A stretch of 62,837 bases of DNA, the filler included, from Candidatus Tectimicrobiota bacterium (lineage in GTDB: Bacteria; JACPSX01): NCBI GenBank assembly GCA_016193065.1. It is 6 parts of 6 records of this genome, joined end to end, with 100 filler letters (N's around TTAATTAATTAA, not from the genome) between each part and the next. Parts side by side here need not be neighbours in the genome. Positions count along the whole stretch, not along the records: positions 43,678 to 50,943 come from JACPSX010000174.1; positions 51,044 to 62,837 come from JACPSX010000177.1; 4 more parts are not named here. One strand, given 5' to 3'. Of this stretch, positions 48,706 to 58,007 are shown in pieces (within the stretch, counting starts at the first letter, position 1; every line of letters starts with the position of its first letter). Below the pieces are notes generated by a model. It searched no databases. It saw nothing but the letters and a program-made list of their open reading frames with translations, and had not been told where the DNA came from. The translations under genes and the position numbers were made by a program.

Positions 48706-50943
48706 GTGTTGCCCTCTGAGCACGCACAACCCTCGATCCGCTCCCAGGCTCTTCGTTTTCCCCTCTACCTCCTCTGCGTGTTCGTGATTGGCCTGAGCGT
48801 CCTGTCCTACGAGATCATTCTGACCCGATTCTTCTCAGCTCTGTTTTCCTATCATTTCGTGTTTGTCGCTGTGTCCCTGGCTGTTCTTGGTTTGGGCTTG
48901 GGAGGACTGCTCGCCGCCAGGCTCCCAAAGCCGCGGGGAGCTGCACCCCTTGTGTACGGAGTCCTGCAGGGGAGAGCCGCTTTCTTCCTGGGTCTTTCAC
49001 TGGTTGTTGTACTTGTTTTGTTTGCCTATTTTCCCTGGATGCGACGTGTGTGGTTTTTGAGCCTGATCGCTCTGCCGCCATTTGGCGCAGCCGGGTATTC
49101 TCTCGCTCTGACAATGCGGTTATTCTCCAGCGAGAGTTCCCGAGTCTACTGGGCTGATCTCAGCGGCGGGGCACTGGGCACTCTCCTCGTTGTGGTTGGG
49201 CTCCAAAAGTGGGGGCCCGTGGTTACCCTCCTCCTTCTCGTTGCTCTGATCACTCTGATTTCAGGGTTGTGCTTTCTCCAGGCGCGCTCCTGGAAGTGGT
49301 TAGGTGCAGTCGCAAGCCTTTTCTTAGCCCTCCTTCCTTTGTGGGAATTGAGCACTCCTGGCGGACCAGTTGATTTGCGCCTGAACCGCAGGCAGGGATC
49401 AGGAAATCAACTGAGCCGGCTGTTTCAAAATCCCGCGCCGGGGACGACTCTGGTCTCAAGTGAATGGAACGCTTTCGCCCGCACGGACGTGGTTGAGATC
49501 TGGGAGGATGGAAGGCGGGCTCGATTCCTGTTCACGGACGGCGGCGGCGCCTCCCGGATTCCGCAATTTCCCCGTGACTTGCTGGAGCGTTCCTGGGTTG
49601 AGGAAGATCCGGGGTTGTTCCCCTTTCTCGCTGCTGCTCCCAGGAAAGTTCTGGTGATCGGAGCGGGCGGCGGGCGGGACGTCCTTCTTTCCCTCCGGGG
49701 CGGAGCTGAAGAGATTACGGCGGTGGACGTGAACCCGGAAGCCCTAAGGGCCGTGAGACGCTACGCGGGGGATCTGGCCCGGCTCAAGAACGTACGCTGG
49801 GTTGTAGATGAAGGGAGAGGATTTTTGCAGCGCAGCAAGGAACGCTACGATCTCATCTATCTGCCCCTGGTCTACACCGACCGCCCCGAGGCCATCAGCT
49901 ACTCTCTGGTGGAAAATTACATCTTTACCCGCGAGGCGTTCCGGGAGTATCTCAACCATCTCACGGAGCGAGGACTGCTGGTCATCCGGGCCCACGATTT
50001 CAACGACTTTACCCGGGCTGCGCTGACCGCTCTGGAAGCCCTGGAGGGCCGGAGCGGAAATGATTCCAGAGCCATGCGCCACCTGATCGGCGTGCACCGC
50101 AGTGAAGGGTTCCTCCTGGACCCCCAGGCGATGAGCTACCCACTGTTGCTCGTTCGCAATACTCCCTATCAACCCCAGGAGTCCTCCCGCATCCTTAAGA
50201 TTGCACTTGGGGCCGGGCTGTATCCAATTTTCATCCCGGAGCTCGTGGCCCGGTCCCCGTTTTCGGCTCTTGCCGCCGGCGGGGAAACCCCGCAGCAATT
50301 CAGCCGTCGCTTTCCTCAGAACCTCTCTCCCACTTGGGATGATCGGCCGTTCTTCTATCAAACGAATCGATTCCCGCCCCGGCCGTTGCTGCTTTTGCTG
50401 CTGTTCGTTTCCGCTGTCTTGCTGGCCTTGCTCTTTGTCTACCTGCGGCGAGGAGAAGATTTTCCCGTTCGGCGCCCTCTAAAAGCGGCGGCTCTCTATT
50501 TCTCCGCCCTGGGGGTAGGATACATGTTGATTGAAGTGGCTCTCCTGCAGCGCTTCATCCAGATCCTCGGGTTTCCCACTCTGACGTTTTCCGTCCTCCT
50601 GTTTGTCCTTCTCCTTTCAGGAGGGGTGGGGAGCTGGTGCAGCCGCTTGATCCCCGTCGAGCGCGGCACCCGGTTTATCTTGGTTCTGGGTTTTCTCCTT
50701 CTCGTTGCGAGTTTCCTTTTTTTCCGGACTTTGCCTTCTCTGGTTTCCTGGGCTGCCTCCCAGGAGCTCTGGGCGCGATCTCTGGTGTCCATGGGGGTTC
50801 TTTTTCCGCTGGGCTTTGTCCTGGGGATCCCTTTCCCCCTTGGGGTCCGTCTCCTGGAGGATCGAGGTCTGGCGTCGGAGATCCCCTGGATGTGGGGGCT
50901 CAACGGGGTCGCTTCGGTGCTGGGATCGGTGGCGGCTGTGGCG
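48706..50943 (+). CDS. Membrane protein with spermidine-synthase-like SAM-binding domain (3'-truncated)
   Basis: YEIILTRFFS, YWADLSG, VLVIGAGGGRD, DEGRGFL, ENYIFTREAF, TWDDRPFF, WGLNG. Confidence 0.85.
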
Positions 50944-51043
50944 NNNNNNNNNNNNNNNNNNNNNNNNNNNNNNNNNNNNNNNNNNNNTTAATTAATTAAN
51001 NNNNNNNNNNNNNNNNNNNNNNNNNNNNNNNNNNNNNNNNNNN
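50944..51043. other. Artificial contig spacer
   Basis: N-TTAATTAATTAA-N. Confidence 0.99.
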
Positions 51044-51226
51044 CGTAGTAATGGGTACCCGCGTCCTGGGTATGGGCGCTCCGTAAGGGTCCGTTGCGGA
51101 CACCCGCAAGGAGCGGGTACCCACGAAGTGCACCCGCTCTGCGGGTACCCGGAGGCGAAGGGTGGGAGGGCTTTCCCCTGGCTATGGATTCGCAAGAACT
51201 GATGGGGGGCAAGTCAGTAAATTCTC

Positions 51227-51255
51227 TTGACAGTTCCGGGGTTCATCGGTAATTT
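51227..51255 (+). promoter_or_regulatory. Sigma70 promoter
   Basis: TTGACA-17 nt-TAATTT. Confidence 0.65.
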
Positions 51256-51320
51256 TGCGGCATCATCGAAAAAAGGGCAGATGGGGTCTAGGGAAACCGT
51301 AAGGTCTCAGGAGATCCTGT

Positions 51321-51358
51321 AGGCCGATATCGAGTGCGCGATATCGGCCTTTTTTTTT
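51321..51358 (+). terminator. Strong intrinsic terminator in the leader of the permease gene
   Basis: AGGCCGATATCG-AGTGCG-CGATATCGGCCT followed by a T run. Confidence 0.85.
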
Positions 51359-51396
51359 AACCTCCGGCAAAGCACTTACTTTAAAGGAGAATCGTT

Positions 51397-52242
51397 ATGG
51401 CAGAGGAAGCAAAAGACGAGTTGCTGCTGGATATTTCCGTGAAGGATGCGTCCCGGCTCTACAAGTTTTACCTGATCAACGAGCGGCTCATCATCGGGGT
51501 CAGCGGGGTGTTTTTGTTCCTGTTTGTGTGGGAGTACGTGGGGGGCATTGCCGAGCTCATCAACCCGATTTTCATGAGTGCCCCCTCGCGCATCCTGAAG
51601 GCGGGCTATGCGATGTTCGCCTCCGGGGAAATCTACAATGACATGTGGGTGAGTGGGAAAGAACTGTTTATAGGCTTTGGGCTGTCCATTGTGACGGCCA
51701 TCCCCCTAGGGCTTCTGGCAGGCTGGTACCGGCGCCTGAACTATGCGGTGGATCCCTTCCTGGACGCTCTCAATGCCACCCCTCGGGTGGCGCTGCTGCC
51801 CCTGATCATCATCTGGGTGGGCATCGGGATCTGGTCCAAGGTGGTGATCGTGTACCTGGGGGCGTTCTTTCCCATCATCATCAACACGCTGGCCGGGGTG
51901 AAGACGACGGATGTGCGCCTTTTGAAAGCGGCCCGCAGTTTCAAGGCGAACGATGCCCAGGTGTTCAAGACGGTGATATTGCCCAGCACGGCGCCCTTCA
52001 TCATGTCGGGGTTGCGGCAGGGGTTGGGCAGAGCCCTGGTGGGGGTTGTAGTGGGGGAACTGTACGCGGCCACGGCGGGCGTGGGGTTTATGATCACGGT
52101 GGCGGGGGCCACCTTCCAGACGGATAAGGTCTTCGTGGGAGTTCTTCTTATCTGCATCGCCGGGGTAGCGCTTACGAAGCTTTTAGGGGCGATGGAGCGT
52201 CGCTTCGACAAGTGGCGGCCCGGCTTTGAAGGCTTGACCTAA
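51397..52242 (+). CDS. NitT/TauT-family ABC permease
   Basis: APSRI, PRVALLPL..W.GIG, FFPIIINT..GV, AARSF EAA-like loop, VVGEL. Confidence 0.88.
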   Translation: MAEEAKDELLLDISVKDASRLYKFYLINERLIIGVSGVFLFLFVWEYVGGIAELINPIFMSAPSRILKAGYAMFASGEIYNDMWVSGKELFIGFGLSIVTAIPLGLLAGWYRRLNYAVDPFLDALNATPRVALLPLIIIWVGIGIWSKVVIVYLGAFFPIIINTLAGVKTTDVRLLKAARSFKANDAQVFKTVILPSTAPFIMSGLRQGLGRALVGVVVGELYAATAGVGFMITVAGATFQTDKVFVGVLLICIAGVALTKLLGAMERRFDKWRPGFEGLT

Positions 52243-52336
52243 CAAGCGAAACGGTCCGAGCCGTATCGACGTGCCGTGGCCCTCTCACTCCGTCCCTCTT
52301 CCCCGTGGAGGGAGGCAACTTCGGCGAGAAATCTCA

Positions 52337-52726
52337 TCAAATAGAGGGGGAGAGTTCCTGGCGCAGCCGGTCTTCCAGGTTCCTGTCCAGGACGAAGAGG
52401 ATGACCCGCTCTTCCGTGCGGGTGCTTAGATCGGAGTGCATGCTGACCACATGACAACCGGTCAGCCCCGTGACGACTTCTTTGAGTCTGTCGCTGCTGT
52501 GCTCCAGCAACTTGGTGCGGACCTGTTTGAGGAGTTCGGCTCCTTCCGACTTGACGAGCTGCTTTTCGGCTTGGGTGAGCACCCCTTTGAGCCGGATCAG
52601 GATCATATCCTGGACGATGTGACTCCTCACCTCGTGGGGACCTCGCCCCATGTGATCCCGTTCGAACTTCACCACCGCCTTGCTGATATCGGCCTCGATT
52701 TGTCCCTTGGTTTGTTTTGTCGGCAC
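52337..52726 (-). CDS. DUF2294 (MpsC-like) protein
   Basis: TKGQIEA.IS, GRGP, LKGVLTQAEKQL, SMHSDLS..T.ER; GTG start behind AGGAG. Confidence 0.8.
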   Translation of the reverse strand: MPTKQTKGQIEADISKAVVKFERDHMGRGPHEVRSHIVQDMILIRLKGVLTQAEKQLVKSEGAELLKQVRTKLLEHSSDRLKEVVTGLTGCHVVSMHSDLSTRTEERVILFVLDRNLEDRLRQELSPSI

Positions 52727-52742
52727 GGCCAGGGTCTCCTGT

Positions 52743-54119
52743 TCAGCTCTCGGCGGTGGTTCTCCCCAGTTCGTCAATCAGGTGGGCGGAAGTCAGGATG
52801 CCCCGGTAAAAATCGTCCAGGCAGAGCTTCTCGTTGGGAGAATGAGCTCCGTCATCCGGCCTGCCAAACCCCAGCATGAGGCTGTCTAGTTGAAGGACTT
52901 CCTTGAAGGTTGCGACCACGGGGATGCTCCCCCCTTCCCGGGTGAGCACGGGAGCCTTTCCAAACCCTTTGCTTATGGCCGTTCTCGCCGCTTTCATCCA
53001 GGGGCTGTTGACATCCATGAGGACCGGCTTGCCGCCGTGGAGGTTCTTGATCTCCACGGACACGTCTTGCGGGCACAGGGAGAGGACATACCGGGTGAAC
53101 AGGGCGGCAATCTCCTCGGGGTCTTGATCCGGCACGAGTCTCATGCTGACCTTGGCCCCGGCCCGGGCCGGAATGATTGTTTTCGCGCCCGGGCCCGCGT
53201 AACCTCCATAAAGGCCGTTGATGTCCAAGGTCGGGCGGGCCCAGCGGCATTCCAGCGGCGTAAACCCTTCCTCGGTCCTGAGCTTGCGCACACCCGTGAG
53301 GGCGCGGTATTCCTCGGCGTGGAAGGGGAGGGAGTCATACATCTCCCTTTCCCAGGAGGCGATGGGGAGGACCTTGTCGTAGAACCCGGGGATCCGGATG
53401 GCCCCTCGCTCGTCCTTGAACCGGGACAGGACGTCCACCAGGATGCCGGCGGGGTTCGGCACCGTTCCCCCGAAGCTGCCGGAGTGGAGATCATGGCTGG
53501 GGCCTTGCAGGCTCACCTCCAGGTAGGCCAGCCCCCGCAAGCCGTAGGTGACGGCAGGGACCCCGGGGGCGAACTGGGTGGTGTCCGAGATCACCACGAC
53601 GTCGGCCCTCAGTAGTTCCCGGTGCGCGGCAATAAACGGATCCAAGTGAGCGCTGCCCACCTCTTCTTCCCCTTCGATAAAAAACCGGAAGTTCAGCGGC
53701 AAGGTTCCCCGGGTGCGCAGGAAAGCTTCCACCCCTTTCATGTGGGCAAAGACCGGCCCTTTATCATCGCTGGCTCCGCGGGCGTAGATGTTGCCGTTGC
53801 GGATGTCCGCCGCAAAGGGTGGGCTTTGCCAGAGATCCAGGGGATCGACGGGTTGGACGTCATAGTGCCCGTAGAATAGGACAGTTGGTGCAGCGGGGAT
53901 CATAGGGGTGCTGGCAAAGAGGATCGGGTTTCCCGGAGTCTGGAAAACTTCCACGGAGAGACCGATTCCCCGCAGGTGATCCGCCAGGAACCGGCTGCAG
54001 CGCAGGACGTCTTCCCGGTGGGCGGGATCGGCGCTGATGCTCGGGATCCGCAAAAGCTCTTGGAGTTCAGCGAGAAACTTTTCCTGATGCGACTCGATAT
54101 ACCTGAGCACGTCTTCCAT
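52743..54119 (-). CDS. M20-family dipeptidase
   Basis: YGHYDVQP, ARGASDDKG, EGEEEVGS, DLHSG, GGSIP, HSPNE; start set at MEDVL. Confidence 0.92.
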   Translation of the reverse strand: MEDVLRYIESHQEKFLAELQELLRIPSISADPAHREDVLRCSRFLADHLRGIGLSVEVFQTPGNPILFASTPMIPAAPTVLFYGHYDVQPVDPLDLWQSPPFAADIRNGNIYARGASDDKGPVFAHMKGVEAFLRTRGTLPLNFRFFIEGEEEVGSAHLDPFIAAHRELLRADVVVISDTTQFAPGVPAVTYGLRGLAYLEVSLQGPSHDLHSGSFGGTVPNPAGILVDVLSRFKDERGAIRIPGFYDKVLPIASWEREMYDSLPFHAEEYRALTGVRKLRTEEGFTPLECRWARPTLDINGLYGGYAGPGAKTIIPARAGAKVSMRLVPDQDPEEIAALFTRYVLSLCPQDVSVEIKNLHGGKPVLMDVNSPWMKAARTAISKGFGKAPVLTREGGSIPVVATFKEVLQLDSLMLGFGRPDDGAHSPNEKLCLDDFYRGILTSAHLIDELGRTTAES

Positions 54120-54422
54120 ATGGGTTCCCTTCGATCCGGATCGTTCGCTCGCGGTGCCCCTATTGTACTGGTCCGGCCGGGTCGCTGGCAAATGGGAACT
54201 GGAGCGGGCGAAAACCTTTCCCCTCTCTCTTCGGGACCCGCGGGGGCACACCCGAGGGTCTGGGGAGAGTAGCAATTCCTCGGGGATACACTGGAGGCGG
54301 GCAAGGGCACAGAGCAAGGGTACTTTCCGGCTTTTTCCTGACTGACTCAGCTTTTTCTCCCGCGTAGGATTGTGTCCATACTCGCCCAATACCCGCGGAG
54401 GAAGCCGTATGAGAGAGGCACC

Positions 54423-54548
54423 CGTAGGCTCCTTGGCCGGTTACAAGGTGCTCCACGGTTGATGGCCATGCTTCTCTACGGGGCCGGATTGAGGCTAATG
54501 GAATGTTGTCGCCTCAGGGTGAGAGACATCGATTTCTCCCGGAACTAG
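54423..54548 (+). pseudogene. Integron-integrase-like tyrosine recombinase fragment; absent from the ORF track
   Basis: [41 protein letters not shown] matches the IntI box I region. Confidence 0.7.
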
Positions 54549-54976
54549 AAGTAGTAGTGATTGACACAGACCGATTTGCGCCGGTAGGTGAAATGGAGAT
54601 AGCGTCCGCGTTGGGTCTTGGTCGCCGACCAGCCCGAAGCGCGCTCTTGGGCTACCCCCACGCACACCATTCCCGAGGAAGCTTGGAAGCGGTTCCGGTA
54701 CTTCTGAACAAGGTCGTCCTTGCGCACCCCCTTCTGGAACTCAATCCAGGGGATGTGCCGGGCCTGGGCCCAGGCGCGCAGCCGGGTCTTGAAGGACTCG
54801 GTGATCTGGCCAAATACGGCTGGCGAGGGGATCTTCTGCCCGCGGGCTCGGAGCAGGAAGTTCACCACGCCTCCCGCGCTCTGCAGGCGGGGCACATAGG
54901 CGTTGAGGTACAGCCGGTCCACGCACTTTACTTCCAATGTCACATGCTTTCTGATAATCTCAGCCACGTTGGGCAT
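54545..54976 (-). pseudogene. N-terminal fragment of a putative mobile-element protein
   Basis: HVTLEVKCVDRLYLNAYVPRLQ...GVAQE...VNHYYF* ends abruptly at the integrase fragment; family assignment is from recall only. Confidence 0.5.
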
Positions 54977-55094
54977 GGGCTCCTCCTCGGTGTGACAATC
55001 AAGGAAGAGATACCACCCAACGGGCGTCCGTGGGAAGAAGAAATCTCCCCCACGGACGTCTCTTTTACTGGTCGGTTTGAGGCGCAGCTTCGTT

Positions 55095-55268
55095 AGGAGG
55101 CTGCTGAAAAACCCTCCGCTCACCCTTCGACCGGGTACCCGGCTTCCGGGTGAGGGCGAACGGAGCACGCAATGAAATTCTGGAAGTTTCTCCGTTCGTG
55201 GTGAGCCCTTCGACTTGGCTCAGGACAGGCTTGTCGAACCACGAAAAGGATATTTTCAGCAGCCTTCT
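55095..55268. mobile_element. MITE-like element containing a family-B REP
   Basis: TIRs AGGAGGCTGCTGAAAA / TTTTCAGCAGCCTTCT. Confidence 0.65.
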
Positions 55269-55325
55269 CTAAAGGCAGGCGGTGTGACCCGTCCTCCCAT
55301 TTCCCTCGTCAGGGCGATGTGGTCC

Positions 55326-55907
55326 TTACAGTTCAATCTTCGTCCCCAGAACCTTCAGAAATTTTGCCAGCCACTCGGGATGCGCGGGCCAGGCGGGCGC
55401 AGTGACCAGGTTCCCGTCCACATGGGCTTGGTCGATGGCCACATCTACCCAGCAACCGCCAGCGCGCTTCACATCCGGCCCCACGGCCGGGTAGGCCGTG
55501 CAACTCTTGCCCTCCAGCACGCCGGCGGCTGCCAAAACCTGCGCCCCGTGGCAGATCGCGGCGATCGGCTTGTTCGTGGCCGCAAAGTGGCCCACGATCT
55601 CCAGCACCTTCTTGTTTAAGCGAATGTATTCCGGAGCGCGCCCGCCGGGGATGACCAGAGCGTCGTAAGCTTCGGGTCTTACTTCATCGAACGTGGCGTT
55701 CAGCGTGAAGTTATGCCCTCGCTTCTCGCTGTAGGTCTGGTCGCCCTCGAAGTCATGGACAGCCGTCCGCACCGTTTCCCCGGCTTTCTTCTCCGGACAG
55801 ACGGCGTGGACCGTGTGCCCTACCATCAGCAGGGCTTGAAAGGGAACCATGACTTCATAGTCCTCTACGAAGTCACCGACGAGCATCAGGATCTTCTTTG
55901 CACTCAT
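55326..55907 (-). CDS. DJ-1/PfpI-family protein
   Basis: [21 protein letters not shown]. Confidence 0.93.
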   Translation of the reverse strand: MSAKKILMLVGDFVEDYEVMVPFQALLMVGHTVHAVCPEKKAGETVRTAVHDFEGDQTYSEKRGHNFTLNATFDEVRPEAYDALVIPGGRAPEYIRLNKKVLEIVGHFAATNKPIAAICHGAQVLAAAGVLEGKSCTAYPAVGPDVKRAGGCWVDVAIDQAHVDGNLVTAPAWPAHPEWLAKFLKVLGTKIEL

Positions 55908-56094
55908 CTTGAACTCCTTTCTACTTCTTGATGTTCTTCCCCCCGAATAGAAAAAGAGGCAGGACCCTGAGGAAAAATCTTGAAGTCCAGCGCCTGTCTG
56001 TCAATGAAATAATTGTATTAGCTGCCGGAATTTATCGGTTCTCCGCGGCCCGGCGCACGGGTTTTGGGAGCACCGGGGCCCCCGGTAATTCTTG

Positions 56095-56973
56095 CTACTT
56101 TCTGCCCCTGGAGCGCTCGGCGGCGATCTGCGCGGGTGTGACCGTGGGGGCCTGATTGCCCCAGCTCATGCGCTCGTGGTTCACTACGGCGGCAATTTCC
56201 TCGTCGGAAAGCTTATCCTTCCATGGGGGCATCTCCGCCGCGTAGGAGACGCCGTCGATGGGTTCTCCTTTCTGGCCGTTCAGGATAACCTCGATGTGCT
56301 GAGTCGGATCGGACGCTAGGACGTCTTTGTTTCCCTTCAAGGGAGGGAAGACGCCGGGAACTCCTTGTCCGTTTTGCTGGTGGCAGGCGGCGCAGTTCTG
56401 ATTGTAGATCTGCAATCCCTTCTCCTGCCAGGCGAAGGTGCCCTTGCCCGCTTCCGTGGTCTTCTTTGCTGCGGAGGGCGGGCCGGCATCGGAAGGCGGA
56501 GAGGGTTGGGGAGCAACCCCGCCGTATGTGGGGGTGTTGGCAAACTGGGGCGGGGGGCTCCACTGGCTGGTCAAATACCAGATTGCCCACGCCACAATGG
56601 CCAGGAAGAGGACCCAGGCCCAGGTCGGGATGGGTGCGGGGGTTTCGGCGCGCCGGGGCTCAAAGTGGACTTCCCCCTCACCACCATAAGCGTTGACGAG
56701 GATGGAGATCTCTCCTTTTACCTCGTCCCCTTCCGACAGGCCGGAGACCGTGATGGCCGGACCATTGTGCACGAAGAACTTCACTTCCCGGACGTTCACC
56801 ACGTTTCGCTGATCTTTGGCTTCGACACGGAGAGTGTGGAGGCCATCGGGAAGCTTGTTCGTGTCCAAAGTAAACGTTTCAGGCGCGTTGAACTGGGTGA
56901 GCGGCTCGGTCTCGCCGTCCAGAAATACCTTGATTACGACTTCGTTATCGCTTGCTGCACCTGCGTCAGTCAT
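56095..56973 (-). CDS. Membrane-anchored monoheme cytochrome c with N-terminal Ig-like domain
   Basis: LDTNKLPDGLHTLRVEA, TM helix, CAACH, GVFPPL, MPPW, SWGN. Confidence 0.85.
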   Translation of the reverse strand: MTDAGAASDNEVVIKVFLDGETEPLTQFNAPETFTLDTNKLPDGLHTLRVEAKDQRNVVNVREVKFFVHNGPAITVSGLSEGDEVKGEISILVNAYGGEGEVHFEPRRAETPAPIPTWAWVLFLAIVAWAIWYLTSQWSPPPQFANTPTYGGVAPQPSPPSDAGPPSAAKKTTEAGKGTFAWQEKGLQIYNQNCAACHQQNGQGVPGVFPPLKGNKDVLASDPTQHIEVILNGQKGEPIDGVSYAAEMPPWKDKLSDEEIAAVVNHERMSWGNQAPTVTPAQIAAERSRGRK

Positions 56974-57181
56974 CTTTCAAAATGGTCCGTTTGATGTGAT
57001 TCTTTTCCTTCTCCCCTGGCTTCAGGGTCATGCGGACAGCCAGGAAAATGACCCAAGCCACCGCCAGGATAACAATTCCTAAAATGGGGAATTGCTCAGC
57101 CCCCGCGCTGGTTTCTGCGCCCGGGTGAACTCCATGAGTTAAGCCGCCGGCTGCCGCGAGAAGCGTTCGTGCCACAAACAT
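56966..57181 (-). CDS. Small membrane protein
   Basis: One TM helix then PGEKEKNHIKRTIL; overlaps the cytochrome c start. Confidence 0.55.
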   Translation of the reverse strand: MFVARTLLAAAGGLTHGVHPGAETSAGAEQFPILGIVILAVAWVIFLAVRMTLKPGEKEKNHIKRTILKDD

Positions 57182-57212
57182 TTTCCCCTCACCCTGACCC
57201 TCTCCCCCATTG

Positions 57213-57344
57213 GAGACTGTGCCGCAATCCGCCGTTCGCCCTTCGACAGGCTCAGGACGAACGGCTAAGTGATTGAATTTCGGGGTCTGCTTGTCCGTTC
57301 GTGGTGAGCCTGTCGAACCATGAACGGACTTATGACACAGTCTC
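57213..57344. mobile_element. 132-bp MITE with 3-bp target duplication, inserted in a REP hairpin
   Basis: TIRs GAGACTGTGCCGCAA / TTATGACACAGTCTC flanked by TTG on both sides. Confidence 0.7.
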
Positions 57345-57416
57345 TTGGGGGAGAGGGGAGGGAGAGGAGGATTTTCTCGCAGTCTTATTACATCTGCGTC
57401 TCTCATCACGGCGGTT

Positions 57417-58007
57417 TTACTTTCCGGCGCCGGTTGACGGAGCACTTACGGCCGGCTGTTTCAGTGCCAGGAGGTAGTCCACCAGTGCCAGAGCGTCGGG
57501 TGTGGCAACGACTACCTTCCCTTTGGGCTTCCATGCATCGGGAACTGGAACCACCACCTCTCCGGGACCGGCTTGATCCTTCCGTTGGAAGTACCACCAG
57601 TACGCGGGCATGATGGACTCTCTGACTACGGCCCTCGGGTTATAGAGGTGGATCAGATGCCAGGTGGAGCTAGGCTGCCGGTTTCCCACATTGGCCAGAT
57701 CCGGTCCGGTGCGCTCGGTTCCCAGAAGTTGGGGGGTGCTGTAGGCGAAATCTCCCGGGGCCGAGGGTCGCCCAAAGATCTGGTCCTGGGGGAGGGGCCT
57801 CACCTGCTGGGTATGGCAGTAAGAGCATCCCTCAGCCACGTAAATCTCCCGTCCCCTTTGCGCGCTCGGGCTCAGCGGCTCCAGGCCGGGGGCCGGGGGG
57901 ACCTTGCTTGCTTCGATGGCCGGATAGATTGCAATGGCCAGGCTCAGGGCCACGAAAATCAGCAGCGAAGTAAGATATAGAAGCCGAGGGTTGGTGTGAA
58001 AGTTCAT
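57417..58007 (-). CDS. ccoO: cbb3-type oxidase subunit II-like
   Basis: GREIYVAEGCSYCHTQQVR, GTERTGPDL, HLYNPR, SIMPAY. Confidence 0.88.
   Translation of the reverse strand: MNFHTNPRLLYLTSLLIFVALSLAIAIYPAIEASKVPPAPGLEPLSPSAQRGREIYVAEGCSYCHTQQVRPLPQDQIFGRPSAPGDFAYSTPQLLGTERTGPDLANVGNRQPSSTWHLIHLYNPRAVVRESIMPAYWWYFQRKDQAGPGEVVVPVPDAWKPKGKVVVATPDALALVDYLLALKQPAVSAPSTGAGK

Noticed and set aside
51260-51325. Assigning the leader to the fluoride, guanidine-I or Moco riboswitch classes
   Set aside because: Only short partial resemblances; the required conserved segments and pairings are not evident by eye.
54120-54389. 90-aa N-terminal extension of the dipeptidase
   Set aside because: No similarity to M20 peptidases; an RBS-like AAGGGA precedes MEDVL.
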